Below, piece by piece: positions 38,533 to 47,797 of a DNA stretch of 64,000 nt. This DNA comes from Candidatus Latescibacterota bacterium (GTDB lineage: Bacteria; Latescibacterota; UBA2968; GCA-2709665). Under the pieces are notes generated by a model that worked only from the letters and a program-made list of their open reading frames with translations, had not been told where the DNA came from and searched no databases. The stretch covers positions 5,780,229 to 5,844,228 of the forward strand of contig OZ244744.1 in NCBI GenBank assembly GCA_965219455.1, written 5' to 3'. Numbering within the stretch: the first letter of the stretch is position 1; each line of letters opens with the position of its first letter. Made by a program: the position numbers and the translations under genes.

Positions 38533-38702
38533 AGCGGCCCGGGCCTGACCTCCCGGGCCGATCGTCAACGGTGTTGCCGTCCCTCTGAAACGCGCCGCCG
38601 CCTTCGTCGCCCGCCGGGTAGAGGTCCGACCCGGAACCAATTCTCTTCTGCCGTTAGCAGGTTGAATCCATTGATTTCGGAACCGGCGGCGGCTTCAAGA
38701 CC

Positions 38703-39758
38703 TCAGTCCAGAAAACCCTCGATCGTCTGGTCACCAGGGTCAATCATCGGATGGTCCACGTTTTCGAGGGGCAACGTTACAAACTCGCCAGTCTGCGCGG
38801 ACTGGTAAGCCGCCGTTGTCATCTCGGCAACCGCCAGACCGTCTGGTACGCCCATCACCGGATCCCGATCCTCTTCTATGCAGTCGATCAACTCCTGCAC
38901 GCACGATTCCGAGTAAGACAGGGGAGCAGGCGGCAATTCCAACGCGACGCCATTGAGCAACATCGTTTCAGGTTCCGCGTGGATCCAGTGGCCCTCGGCA
39001 GTCACGTCCACCGCGTTGGCCGAAGGTCCTTCCTCCTTGAGTTTGTTTCGTCCGGTTACCAGCGTCGCGGCAAAATCCCCGTATTCGCACACGACGGTCG
39101 CCATATCTTCCGTACCGAATGCCCGGTATTCGTCCCAATAGGCATTTCGCATGCTGCTGAATATTCGCCTGGGCATTCCGAATAGATGGTGGAGATAGTC
39201 CACCGCATGACTGCCCAGATTCATCAGTTCCCCCCCTCCATTCACATTAACCGGCGTGGGGTAACTCACGTACTGCATCAGGTCGCTGTCCTTGAACTGG
39301 CGAACGAAATAATGGGTGTAGGACGTTATATTGGCGTAGGCCCCGGACCGAATTCCCCGTGCGAGCGCCGCCAGCCCGGGCAGGCATCGGATCGGGTAGC
39401 TCAACACGATCCTGACACCGGATCCCGCGGCAGCGTCTACGATCTCCCGGGCTTCCGTAACGGTGCGCGAAAGGGGTTTGTCCACCAGAACGTGCTTGCC
39501 GCAGTCCACTGCCTTTGCGATCAGGGTTCGTTTCAGATAAAAATCGGAGGCAATGGAAACGATCTGCACGCGCGGATCTTCCAGTACCGCGTCGTAGTCC
39601 GCAACGCATGTGACTCCGAATCGTTCCTCAAGGGGTCTGGCCTTGTCAGCCCTGTGTTCCGCCGCCGCTACAATCCGGCAATCCTCCCGTGCTTCCAGGA
39701 TCGGGCCATAGCTCATCTGATGGGCCCGGTTTCCGACCAATCCGACACCGTAGCTCAT
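38703..39758 (-). CDS. Gfo/Idh/MocA family oxidoreductase
   Basis: HVLVDKP and GGGELMNLGSHAVD motifs. Confidence 0.88.
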   Translation of the reverse strand: MSYGVGLVGNRAHQMSYGPILEAREDCRIVAAAEHRADKARPLEERFGVTCVADYDAVLEDPRVQIVSIASDFYLKRTLIAKAVDCGKHVLVDKPLSRTVTEAREIVDAAAGSGVRIVLSYPIRCLPGLAALARGIRSGAYANITSYTHYFVRQFKDSDLMQYVSYPTPVNVNGGGELMNLGSHAVDYLHHLFGMPRRIFSSMRNAYWDEYRAFGTEDMATVVCEYGDFAATLVTGRNKLKEEGPSANAVDVTAEGHWIHAEPETMLLNGVALELPPAPLSYSESCVQELIDCIEEDRDPVMGVPDGLAVAEMTTAAYQSAQTGEFVTLPLENVDHPMIDPGDQTIEGFLD

Positions 39759-39832
39759 TCTTGAGTTCCTTTCGTCTCCTGCTTTGAGGGGTGCAGAGAC
39801 CACACCGACTGTCTGCTTACCGTGGCCTGCGC

Positions 39833-40852
39833 CTACACCCAGTTCAATTCCTGCGCCTCGCCCGTGCGAATCGCTTCAATGGCCCGGAGGGCAAGCGTTG
39901 TCGCCCGAACGCCGTCGTCCAATTTCGCCGCGTGCACCGGGTCGATGCCCCTGAGCGACCAGTCCACAACCGCACGCATCTGCTGAGTGTATCCATGTGC
40001 AAAGTCGCTATCGTCGCATCCGGGGATATCGGTAATTGTCAGGCGGCCGGGCTCGGCGCCCCAGAGGCGAATCTCGGGATTCCAGTGGTAGTTAAACAGA
40101 CTCGCGGTCGTGTCCCCTGCGAAGACCTGATAGGCCGCCTTTCCCATCAACGCCGGCTTGCCCACGTCGCCTATCGCGACATTGGCGACCGCCCCGTCCG
40201 CAAACCGAAGCGTACACGCCACCGCGTCCGTGATGGGCAACGTGGGATGGTGATAGTTGCCACCCGCCGCGTAAATCGATACCACCTCGGACCCATTCAG
40301 GAAACGAACCGCGTCGAAGCAGTGACAACCCTGACTCAACACGTTGCCTCCCCCGGCAACCGGGTCGTTCGCCCAGCTCTGTTCTCCCCATCGGGGATCG
40401 AAATACTGTGCGATCGTCAACCACGGCCGCGGCGCGACCTCCTTTAACTTCAGGAAAAACGGCGAGAACCGAGCCTGAAAACCTGCCATGAACTTAACGC
40501 CCGCCGCATTTACAGCCTCCTCGATCGCAATGCAATCCTCCATGCAGATCGCCAGCGGCTTCTCGCAAAAGATATCTTTACCGGCTTCCGCCGCCGACAC
40601 ACACATGGGCGCATGAAGGTGGTGGTGCGTGCAGATGAGCACGACGTCGACGGCAGGGTCGTCAAGCGCCCGCTCGAATTCCGTGCTTACCGCCGCGGCC
40701 GAGACCTCCGCACCCAGCGATCGGGCCGCGCCTGCGTCCATATCCACCAGCATGCGCAGAGACACGTCTTCAAAGCCCGCCAGCGCCACCGCATGGGTTC
40801 TTCCCATATTCCCGCAGCCGATAATTGCGACATCCAACTTGCCTTCGGTCAC
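39833..40852 (-). CDS. Gfo/Idh/MocA family oxidoreductase
   Basis: IIGCGNMG, FCEKPL and GGGNVLSQGCHCFD motifs; GTG start 2 nt after the upstream stop. Confidence 0.9.
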   Translation of the reverse strand: MTEGKLDVAIIGCGNMGRTHAVALAGFEDVSLRMLVDMDAGAARSLGAEVSAAAVSTEFERALDDPAVDVVLICTHHHLHAPMCVSAAEAGKDIFCEKPLAICMEDCIAIEEAVNAAGVKFMAGFQARFSPFFLKLKEVAPRPWLTIAQYFDPRWGEQSWANDPVAGGGNVLSQGCHCFDAVRFLNGSEVVSIYAAGGNYHHPTLPITDAVACTLRFADGAVANVAIGDVGKPALMGKAAYQVFAGDTTASLFNYHWNPEIRLWGAEPGRLTITDIPGCDDSDFAHGYTQQMRAVVDWSLRGIDPVHAAKLDDGVRATTLALRAIEAIRTGEAQELNWV

Positions 40853-40853
40853 C

Positions 40854-41696
40854 TCATTGCCTCCACTCGCCATCGGTTGTGGCCGGCTCGTACGGCGCCT
40901 GGCGGGACGGATGGGTTTCATCCGACAGAATCCCGTACAGTTCCGGCCTTCGGTCCGCCAGGTGGTTCCCGCCGGTCACGGTTGACAGGTCAATTTCGTG
41001 CACCAACACATCGGGCACATTCGACTGAAGCTTAGCGTCAAGTTGGCCCTTCGGGCCCGTAATCAACGCCACGTTGGGATGCGTGAAGCAGACGAACATC
41101 TGGTTCTCGTAGGACCGCGTGCGCATCCACCACTCGTTATCCAGATGCCACATCCCGTACGTCGGCATCAGACAGACCTCGGCGCCCTTCAATCGGAGGA
41201 CGCGGATGGACTCCGGCCATCGGCGATCGGCGCAGATCGCCAAGCCCACGGTACCGAAATCCAGTTCGAATACGGGAAGATCCCGCCCCGGGGCGAATCG
41301 ACGGTCGTGGTTCTGAAGATGCGTCTTGTAATACGTGCCCAGGATCTCGCCATTGCGTCCGGCCAGCAGAGCCGCGTTGTAGAAACAGCCATCCTTCATT
41401 TCCGTAAATCCGAACACGATGTGGGTTTTCGCCCGCCGCGCCAGATTCAGAACGCTTCGGACATAGGGGCTCTCCCCCACCGTCTGAGCCACGCTCCGGA
41501 ACTTCCGTGCGGTCCAGTCCGCCTCGGTTACCGCGTACCCGTCGAGGAAACACTCCGGGGTGACGAATACATCCAGTCCGCTGTCACAATACCGGGCGAA
41601 CTGTTGCTCAAACACGGCCCAATTCGCCTCAAGGTCCCATTTGGCGGGCATCGCCTTCAACATTCCGATGCGAACATTGCGGTTTTTTACCGGCAT
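40854..41696 (-). CDS. Carbon-nitrogen hydrolase (nitrilase superfamily)
   Basis: Glu-Lys-Cys triad in TPECF, YYKTH and ICAD; C-terminal DRRPELY. Confidence 0.9.
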   Translation of the reverse strand: MPVKNRNVRIGMLKAMPAKWDLEANWAVFEQQFARYCDSGLDVFVTPECFLDGYAVTEADWTARKFRSVAQTVGESPYVRSVLNLARRAKTHIVFGFTEMKDGCFYNAALLAGRNGEILGTYYKTHLQNHDRRFAPGRDLPVFELDFGTVGLAICADRRWPESIRVLRLKGAEVCLMPTYGMWHLDNEWWMRTRSYENQMFVCFTHPNVALITGPKGQLDAKLQSNVPDVLVHEIDLSTVTGGNHLADRRPELYGILSDETHPSRQAPYEPATTDGEWRQ

Positions 41697-41857
41697 GGGT
41701 GGTCCTCAGAATTAAGGCTCCCGGGCACGGGTGCGCACACGGTCCGACAGCCGACAAGCGCCTCAACACGCGGATAACCACGTCGGAGACAAACCTCCGC
41801 CCTGCATGGGCGCGCCTGGGCGCTGGACGTCGATTGTCAAACGACTCCGGTACGCAT

Positions 41858-42091
41858 CTACCGCATCTGCCAGCGCATGCCCGCCACTTCGCCCTGCCTG
41901 AACGTGAACCACTTCGTCCAATCGGATAGCGATCCGCCCACGCTCACGGTGCAGTCCACGTGCAGTACCCCGCTGCCATCTTCCACGCCGTTGTTCCGAA
42001 CGTCCATCCGCACCGTGTCCTCGCCGTACTGCGACTTCAGGTACCGGATCGCTTTGTTCTTCATTTCCGCTTCGCTCAACGATTCCGCCAT
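41858..42091 (-). CDS. Small hypothetical protein (77 aa, MAESLSEAEMK...)
   Basis: C-terminal part of track ORF 41858..42646; own AAGGAG RBS just after the beta-helix stop. Confidence 0.7.
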   Translation of the reverse strand: MAESLSEAEMKNKAIRYLKSQYGEDTVRMDVRNNGVEDGSGVLHVDCTVSVGGSLSDWTKWFTFRQGEVAGMRWQMR

Positions 42092-42101
42092 GAATTGCTC
42101 C

Positions 42102-43346
42102 TTAAACCGGCGGGATCGCCGCGACGCCCGATGCTCTGACGTTTTCTTCCAGGTTCCGGAACTGATTCCCGTCGTCCACGATATTTCTTGACCGCTCGTC
42201 AATCCGTATGCCGATCTTCTGTTTTCCCCCGCCGGTGTCTTCGATCCGGCAATTGCGAATCTCAACCTGGTACGTCTCTCCTCGAATGTCCACACCCGTA
42301 CCGTCCCCCGTAAATCCGTTGTCCCGAATCCGGCAGGACGCCACGACGTTCCGGTGAGCGCCTCTGAATTCAGCCTGGGGCTCGCGAAAAAGCACGCCCA
42401 CTTTATGGTTGCGCTCGATGGTGCAATTCTGAATCCGATTGTCCGTGTCTCTGTGTCCGATGGAGATGCCAAAGTCGAGATTGTCCGAACAGATACAATT
42501 CTCCGCGAGGCCGTCCGACACCCCCCAGCAGAAAAAGATGCCCTGGCTGTTGCCCGTGGAACGGCAGTTCCGGAACACCGGCCGTTGCGACCCGCTGCCG
42601 GGATGGAATCCCAGATTCGCGTTCCGCTGCGACACGCAGTTCTCAAAGACGAAATCGTCGCAGACCTGAAAGCTGAACCCGTCCCCGTTGTAGTTCCTGG
42701 CGGTTACATTCGAGAACAGGTACCTGTGACAGTGCTGCAGGAACACCGCACCGGAATAGTTCCCGTTTATCTCTTCATTTTCCTCACGGTCCCCATCGAG
42801 TACGAGGTTCTCGATCCGAACGTCGTGTACGCCCTCTTCCGCGGTCAGAATCGGAAAAACGGTTGCCAGCGTCGCCCGCTCTTCCAGCCACATATTCTTG
42901 TAGATCCGCTTGCTCAGCGAAACCAGGTTGCCTTCCACCGCCGTCACGGTATCTTTCACGACCTCCATCCGGCCGTCTCCGCCCCGAAAGGCCCGCAACA
43001 TCACACCGCACCCCACACTGAACCCGTCCGCGTCCCGGACGGCCACCCGTGCTTCGTACCAGTCCGAATCCCGAACCAGATCCGTCTTGAACCCAGGCGC
43101 CTTTCTCAGTACCGTGGCTTCGCCCGCGCCCCGCACCGTCAGGTTCGAATGCAGATAAAGCGCGTTGCGCATTGTATACACACCGGGACGAATCTCCAGG
43201 ATTCCGCCCCCAAGCCGCCGGAGATAGTCCGCACCGGCCTGCAGCACTTTGTCGTCAGCTCCCCGCAGATCCCCTTCGTCCTGCCCCACCGTCAACACCA
43301 TTTCCTTACGCGCCGTTATCGGCCGATTGGTTGAAAGATCGATCAT
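42102..43346 (-). CDS. Right-handed parallel beta-helix protein (pectate-lyase-like fold)
   Basis: Recurrent N-x-x-x-G / F.N C motifs, e.g. IENLVLDG, NYNGDGFS, NSQGIF. Confidence 0.8.
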   Translation of the reverse strand: MIDLSTNRPITARKEMVLTVGQDEGDLRGADDKVLQAGADYLRRLGGGILEIRPGVYTMRNALYLHSNLTVRGAGEATVLRKAPGFKTDLVRDSDWYEARVAVRDADGFSVGCGVMLRAFRGGDGRMEVVKDTVTAVEGNLVSLSKRIYKNMWLEERATLATVFPILTAEEGVHDVRIENLVLDGDREENEEINGNYSGAVFLQHCHRYLFSNVTARNYNGDGFSFQVCDDFVFENCVSQRNANLGFHPGSGSQRPVFRNCRSTGNSQGIFFCWGVSDGLAENCICSDNLDFGISIGHRDTDNRIQNCTIERNHKVGVLFREPQAEFRGAHRNVVASCRIRDNGFTGDGTGVDIRGETYQVEIRNCRIEDTGGGKQKIGIRIDERSRNIVDDGNQFRNLEENVRASGVAAIPPV

Positions 43347-43406
43347 CGCCTTCTCCCCATTCCTTAAAAGCTGTCTTAAAACCCCCAGCGGTCTTCGCCC
43401 GAATGC

Positions 43407-43435
43407 AAAATAAGCCGCGGCTTGCGAGGTGTCAA
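43407..43435 (-). promoter_or_regulatory. Internal sigma-70-type promoter for the beta-helix gene
   Basis: TTGACA-N17-TATTTT on the minus strand. Confidence 0.55.
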
Positions 43436-43447
43436 GCCCCGGAACCG

Positions 43448-45136
43448 TCAACTGACCAACGGTAGAATCACATGCGAGCGGTGATGGGGCCCATGGAATA
43501 CCTCCTGATGGGCGATCACGAATGTGGCTTCCCCGTAGTCGTCTCCACCGGTGTTGTGATTCCGGTCGAAATTCGGAAAGTCCGAACTCGTCACGTCCAG
43601 CCGGATCCGGTGACCGGGCCGGAACAATACCGCCGTAGGGAGCATCGGGATCCGGTATTGATATATTTTCCCCTCCGGCAGCATCTCAGGGTTGTCAAAC
43701 CCGGCCCGAAACCTCGCCCGCACGATTCCGTAACTCACCTGGTGGACAAATCCGTCCGGGCGGACATCCATCAACTTGACGATAAAGTCCGTGTCCCTGG
43801 CGCTGGAAGCCGCGTGCAGCACCACTTCCGGGCGGCCGACCAGGCGAACGCCCTTCCGCAGGCGGCGGGTCTGATACACAAGCACGTCCCGTCGACGGTC
43901 CAGCCGCCGCTGATCATACGGGGCATCCTGACAACTCTCGTAGAACAACGACATCACCGGATCACGGGGGTCGTAATCGTACCGGTCGCTGCCGGGGTCG
44001 CGGGGACGTTTTCTTACCAGCCTCCCGTTTCCTGAAGCACCGTTTGCGCCGCCGTCCGAGATCAGATGGAACGGCACGGGCTTCGCTTCGGGTACCGGCC
44101 AGGCCGCCGCCGTGCGCCACCGGTTCTCTCCCATCATGAAATACCGGACGGGCGCCGTCCGCATCATTCCATTGGGTTTGCCTTTGAGCCAGTAATCAAA
44201 CCAGCGGATCATCAGCGCGTTGAAGTCGACCGCCGCCGATTTCCCGAAGTCCATTTCGCCGACCTGCCGCGGACCCTGTGACCCGTGGGACCACGGACCG
44301 ACGACCAGCCGCTGCGCCACTCGAGCGGCCTGTGTGCGTCCGTTCTTGCACATGCCCGAAAAGTGATCCACAGTCAGGACCAGCCGGTCGTGCCAACCCG
44401 TCGTGTGGAGGACCGGCACGTCCACCTCCCCGTGCCGTTTCTGAAAATCGAAAATATCGTTGTGATGGTTGTCCAACCAATAGTGCCAGATCTCACGGCA
44501 TCCGCCCGCGTACTCGTCGGGCATGTCCTTCAGCGGCACAAACCATAAGGGCTTCTCCCGGTCCTTTCCGGCCGATTCCTGCGCCTCTGCCGGCGTGTGC
44601 GGTCCGGACAGACCGCTACGGCACCTTAGATCCGGAGCCAGGGATCGAAAGAGCCATTGCTGCACGCGTCCGGTGCGCAACACGCCGCCCAGTTCCCAGT
44701 CCGTGAGCCGCGTGGCGTACCCTCCGTTGAACATGGCAACCAGTTGCGGCGGCCTGGCGGACGCGAGTTCCCACGACGCCCAGGACGGATAGGAAATTCC
44801 GTATACCCCGACCTTTCCGTTCGCATACGGCAACCCCGCCGCCCACTCCACGGTATCGTAGCCATCCGCAGCATCCTGATAACCCGGCATAAACATCGGT
44901 GTGAACTCGCCGTCGGAAGCATACCTCCCCCGCATGTCCTGGGAAATAACCGCGTAACCAGCCTCGGCGAGCCCGGAATTGACTGCCTTTCCATAAGGGG
45001 TACGCTGTACAAGCACAGGAAACTTCCCGGGTGAGGCGGGCCGCGCCACGTCGGCCCGGAGTACGACGCCGTCCCGCATGGTTGCTTCCACGTTGCGCTC
45101 GATGCGAACCTGCAATTTCGCCGCCTGCTTCGACAC
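43448..45136 (-). CDS. CocE/NonD family serine hydrolase
   Basis: MRDGVVLRAD, RTPYGK, QDMRGRYASDG, GISY nucleophile, GWHD, GPWSH and SSDFPNFDRN motifs. Confidence 0.93.
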   Translation of the reverse strand: MSKQAAKLQVRIERNVEATMRDGVVLRADVARPASPGKFPVLVQRTPYGKAVNSGLAEAGYAVISQDMRGRYASDGEFTPMFMPGYQDAADGYDTVEWAAGLPYANGKVGVYGISYPSWASWELASARPPQLVAMFNGGYATRLTDWELGGVLRTGRVQQWLFRSLAPDLRCRSGLSGPHTPAEAQESAGKDREKPLWFVPLKDMPDEYAGGCREIWHYWLDNHHNDIFDFQKRHGEVDVPVLHTTGWHDRLVLTVDHFSGMCKNGRTQAARVAQRLVVGPWSHGSQGPRQVGEMDFGKSAAVDFNALMIRWFDYWLKGKPNGMMRTAPVRYFMMGENRWRTAAAWPVPEAKPVPFHLISDGGANGASGNGRLVRKRPRDPGSDRYDYDPRDPVMSLFYESCQDAPYDQRRLDRRRDVLVYQTRRLRKGVRLVGRPEVVLHAASSARDTDFIVKLMDVRPDGFVHQVSYGIVRARFRAGFDNPEMLPEGKIYQYRIPMLPTAVLFRPGHRIRLDVTSSDFPNFDRNHNTGGDDYGEATFVIAHQEVFHGPHHRSHVILPLVS

Positions 45137-45163
45137 CGCCTGGCCTCCTCAGAGATCAACCCG

Positions 45164-47248
45164 TCATTTCAGAACAATGCGATCCGTTTCACCCCACGCG
45201 GTTACGGTGGCCACAACCCCGCCGTCGACCACCTCGCCGTGAACCGCCCCGTCCGTACATTCCGCCGACGCCATCAACACCAGAAAACGCGCCTGCCCGC
45301 CGGCAGCAACGGCCTGCACAAACCGCGCATGGCAGACCTGCGTCTTCTGAGCCGACATATCCTTTCGATAGCTCAACGGAACCATACCCGGCCCCCAACC
45401 GATCTCCACGTCGCTGATCGCATCCGTCCACGCGGGCACCAGCCTGACACCCGGCACACCGTCGCTGACGACCGTGCGATTGCCTTCCTCACGCAGTCCA
45501 TCGGGGCACCGCAGTGTCCAGCGCAACGTACGCGAATCGTCACTCTCCGCGGCATCCAGCAGGTCGTAAATCAGAAAAAATCGCCCCTTTTTCAGCAGCA
45601 CCGTGCGTTCATGACGCACGCCCTTCGATCGCAGATATCCGTCGTGTGAGACGCGTATACAGGTCTCTTCTTCCTTCTCCCGCCATTCGAGCATCCGACC
45701 CCAGATCCGTCGTTTCTGGCCGGGCCGCCAAACTTCCTGGTCTTCCTCGTCGATCCAGACCGTATTCTGCCCCTGTGTGCTGTAATACCAGGGCTTGTAG
45801 TCCGGATCGCTGTATGCGAACGGAGACCCAGGGGACAACGCCGCCGGGCGTCCGTTCACCCACGCCGAAAACGAAGCCTGCGCGCCGTAGGCATGCCCGC
45901 CCTCCGGATGCCCGAAATCCACGACCATCACGTTCGCCTCGCTGCCCCACCCGTCTCGGAGAACCGCGACGCCGGAATCGGAAAACAGGCGTGAGACCGG
46001 TTCGGGCGCCCGTACCCCCACCCCTTCCGGTTTCGGAACACACAGGTCGTTCAAAATGGTATTGCCCCAACCCGGGCCGCCCTTCTGAACCGGTACGAGT
46101 TGGGGATGATACCCGCGATCGATGTGCCACTGAAGCACCGGGTCCTTGAAGAAGCTGTTTCCCGCGGCCAGAAATGCCGGCCAGTCCTGCGCGTACACCG
46201 CGGAATTGATGGCCGGGGTAAACCCGTCGGGCGTCAGGATTTCAGCCAGAAAGCGATGCATCGCGAGAAACCGGGCCCGGAACGGTTCCGTATCGTAAAA
46301 GCTCGGCAGCCCCCGGCGGGTCAGAATCATCTGCAGGGTGGCAAATGACCGGATGACCGTCTTGTGATACTGCGTACATATTTCTTTTTGAAACCCGTCC
46401 GGATACACCTGGTTCAGGAGCAGCACCTCCTGGATCTGCCGTCCGGTTTCCAGCCATCCCTCCGCGGCCTCCCATTCGGGAAGCAACGCGCCGACGCCCC
46501 CCAGGCCGCCGCTGCCGGAGGCGATGAAATTCAGCTGCTGCTGCCACTCCACCGCGGTCTGAGACGCCACCTGCGCGTACAGATGCCGCGCCAGGCGCCA
46601 GACAATGACGGACGCGGCCCGGCAATCGGCCACGGTCCAGTCCGGATGGGCGCGCAGCGCGTACAGCGCCTCGCCCAGGGCCTTCAGCTTCAGCCCGACG
46701 GCCAGCGTATTCCATACCGCGTAAACTCCGCCCGCTTTCGCCCCGCGCCCCATCACTCCCGCTTCGTCACGGATATCGTCCATCTGCTCGAGATAGCTTC
46801 TTAAGCAGTCTCCGACCACCCGAACGTACTTCCCGTCGCCGGTCAACATCGCCGCCCGGATCGGCCATCTCACGAAAAACATGTAGTGCAACCCGCCCCA
46901 ATTCATGGTCGCTTCGGGGTTCGCGTTCCAATCCAGCCCGACCCCCGGCACATAGGGTACGGCGTTCTCGCCGTAAATCATCTTCCCGTCGATCAGAAGG
47001 TCCGACTGCTCGATCCACACACCCGCCAGCCCAGGCCAGTGCGTGCGAACGGTATCACCGAATCGCTCCGAATCGAAGTGCCACGTGGGCTCCGGCCTCC
47101 CGGCCAGATAGGCATGCCACGCGCGCCAGGCGGCCGCCTCGTTTGCCGGGTCCGTCACATTCTCCGGCAGATCCAGCCGCGCGACGCCGCGTTTCACCTG
47201 CCCCCAGAATTCACCGGCTTCATATAGAGGCGCTTCAAATTCAGCCAT
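45164..47248 (-). CDS. Heparinase II/III-like polysaccharide lyase
   Basis: YPDGFQKEICTQYH, PDGFTPAINS, SGVAVLR, GGH, QNTV and SHDGY...HER motifs. Confidence 0.78.
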   Translation of the reverse strand: MAEFEAPLYEAGEFWGQVKRGVARLDLPENVTDPANEAAAWRAWHAYLAGRPEPTWHFDSERFGDTVRTHWPGLAGVWIEQSDLLIDGKMIYGENAVPYVPGVGLDWNANPEATMNWGGLHYMFFVRWPIRAAMLTGDGKYVRVVGDCLRSYLEQMDDIRDEAGVMGRGAKAGGVYAVWNTLAVGLKLKALGEALYALRAHPDWTVADCRAASVIVWRLARHLYAQVASQTAVEWQQQLNFIASGSGGLGGVGALLPEWEAAEGWLETGRQIQEVLLLNQVYPDGFQKEICTQYHKTVIRSFATLQMILTRRGLPSFYDTEPFRARFLAMHRFLAEILTPDGFTPAINSAVYAQDWPAFLAAGNSFFKDPVLQWHIDRGYHPQLVPVQKGGPGWGNTILNDLCVPKPEGVGVRAPEPVSRLFSDSGVAVLRDGWGSEANVMVVDFGHPEGGHAYGAQASFSAWVNGRPAALSPGSPFAYSDPDYKPWYYSTQGQNTVWIDEEDQEVWRPGQKRRIWGRMLEWREKEEETCIRVSHDGYLRSKGVRHERTVLLKKGRFFLIYDLLDAAESDDSRTLRWTLRCPDGLREEGNRTVVSDGVPGVRLVPAWTDAISDVEIGWGPGMVPLSYRKDMSAQKTQVCHARFVQAVAAGGQARFLVLMASAECTDGAVHGEVVDGGVVATVTAWGETDRIVLK

Positions 47249-47358
47249 CTCAAGCTCCTGATGAAGAGTTCATGGACGGACGGCCGCGCCAACCCGATTT
47301 GATCCGGCCGACGCCTCGCGCAACCCAGGAACCGGGCTTGTGTGCAATACCGGATTCC

Positions 47359-47387
47359 TTGACACCGCCGTGAGTTTTGGTTAATTT
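47359..47387 (+). promoter_or_regulatory. tRNA-Arg promoter
   Basis: TTGACA-N17-TAATTT. Confidence 0.65.
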
Positions 47388-47435
47388 ATGTGCCCGCGAA
47401 ATTTCGAAAATGGCGCTCAGGACAATGAAAACGGT

Positions 47436-47512
47436 GCGGATGTGGCTCAACTGGATAGAGCACCTGGCTACGGACCAGGCGGTTCCGGGTTCGAATCCTG
47501 GCATCCGCACCA
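47436..47512 (+). tRNA. tRNA-Arg(ACG)
   Basis: Acceptor GCGGATG/CATCCGC, anticodon arm CCTGG-CTACGGA-CCAGG, T-loop TTCGAAT, encoded CCA. Confidence 0.97.
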
Positions 47513-47522
47513 GTTTATATCG

Positions 47523-47554
47523 GGAAGTCGGGAGCCATTCTCAACTTCCTTTTT
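47523..47554 (+). terminator. Terminator after tRNA-Arg
   Basis: GGAAGTCGGGAG/TTCTCAACTTCC imperfect stem followed by TTTTT. Confidence 0.6.
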
Positions 47555-47797
47555 AATTGTATACAACCAGAGGAAAAACGGGACGATCCCCAACGGTCAT
47601 GAAAACATCGGAACCCATCGTTACTGCGATAATGCCGGCAGATCGCCCGTCCGATCATCTGCACGTCGAAGACGCCGGGAAACGCGTTTCGTGAACGGAT
47701 CAGGGGCCGATATCTTTCCCGCAGAACGAGTTTCGCACCTCCCACATCTCCCGCGATGAATCGTCGGCCGTCGTCATTGACGGCATCCCTCAGGGCG

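Noticed and set aside
47513-47797. Island integrated at tRNA-Arg
   Set aside because: The flanking genes are ordinary metabolic and transport genes, with no mobility genes or att repeat.
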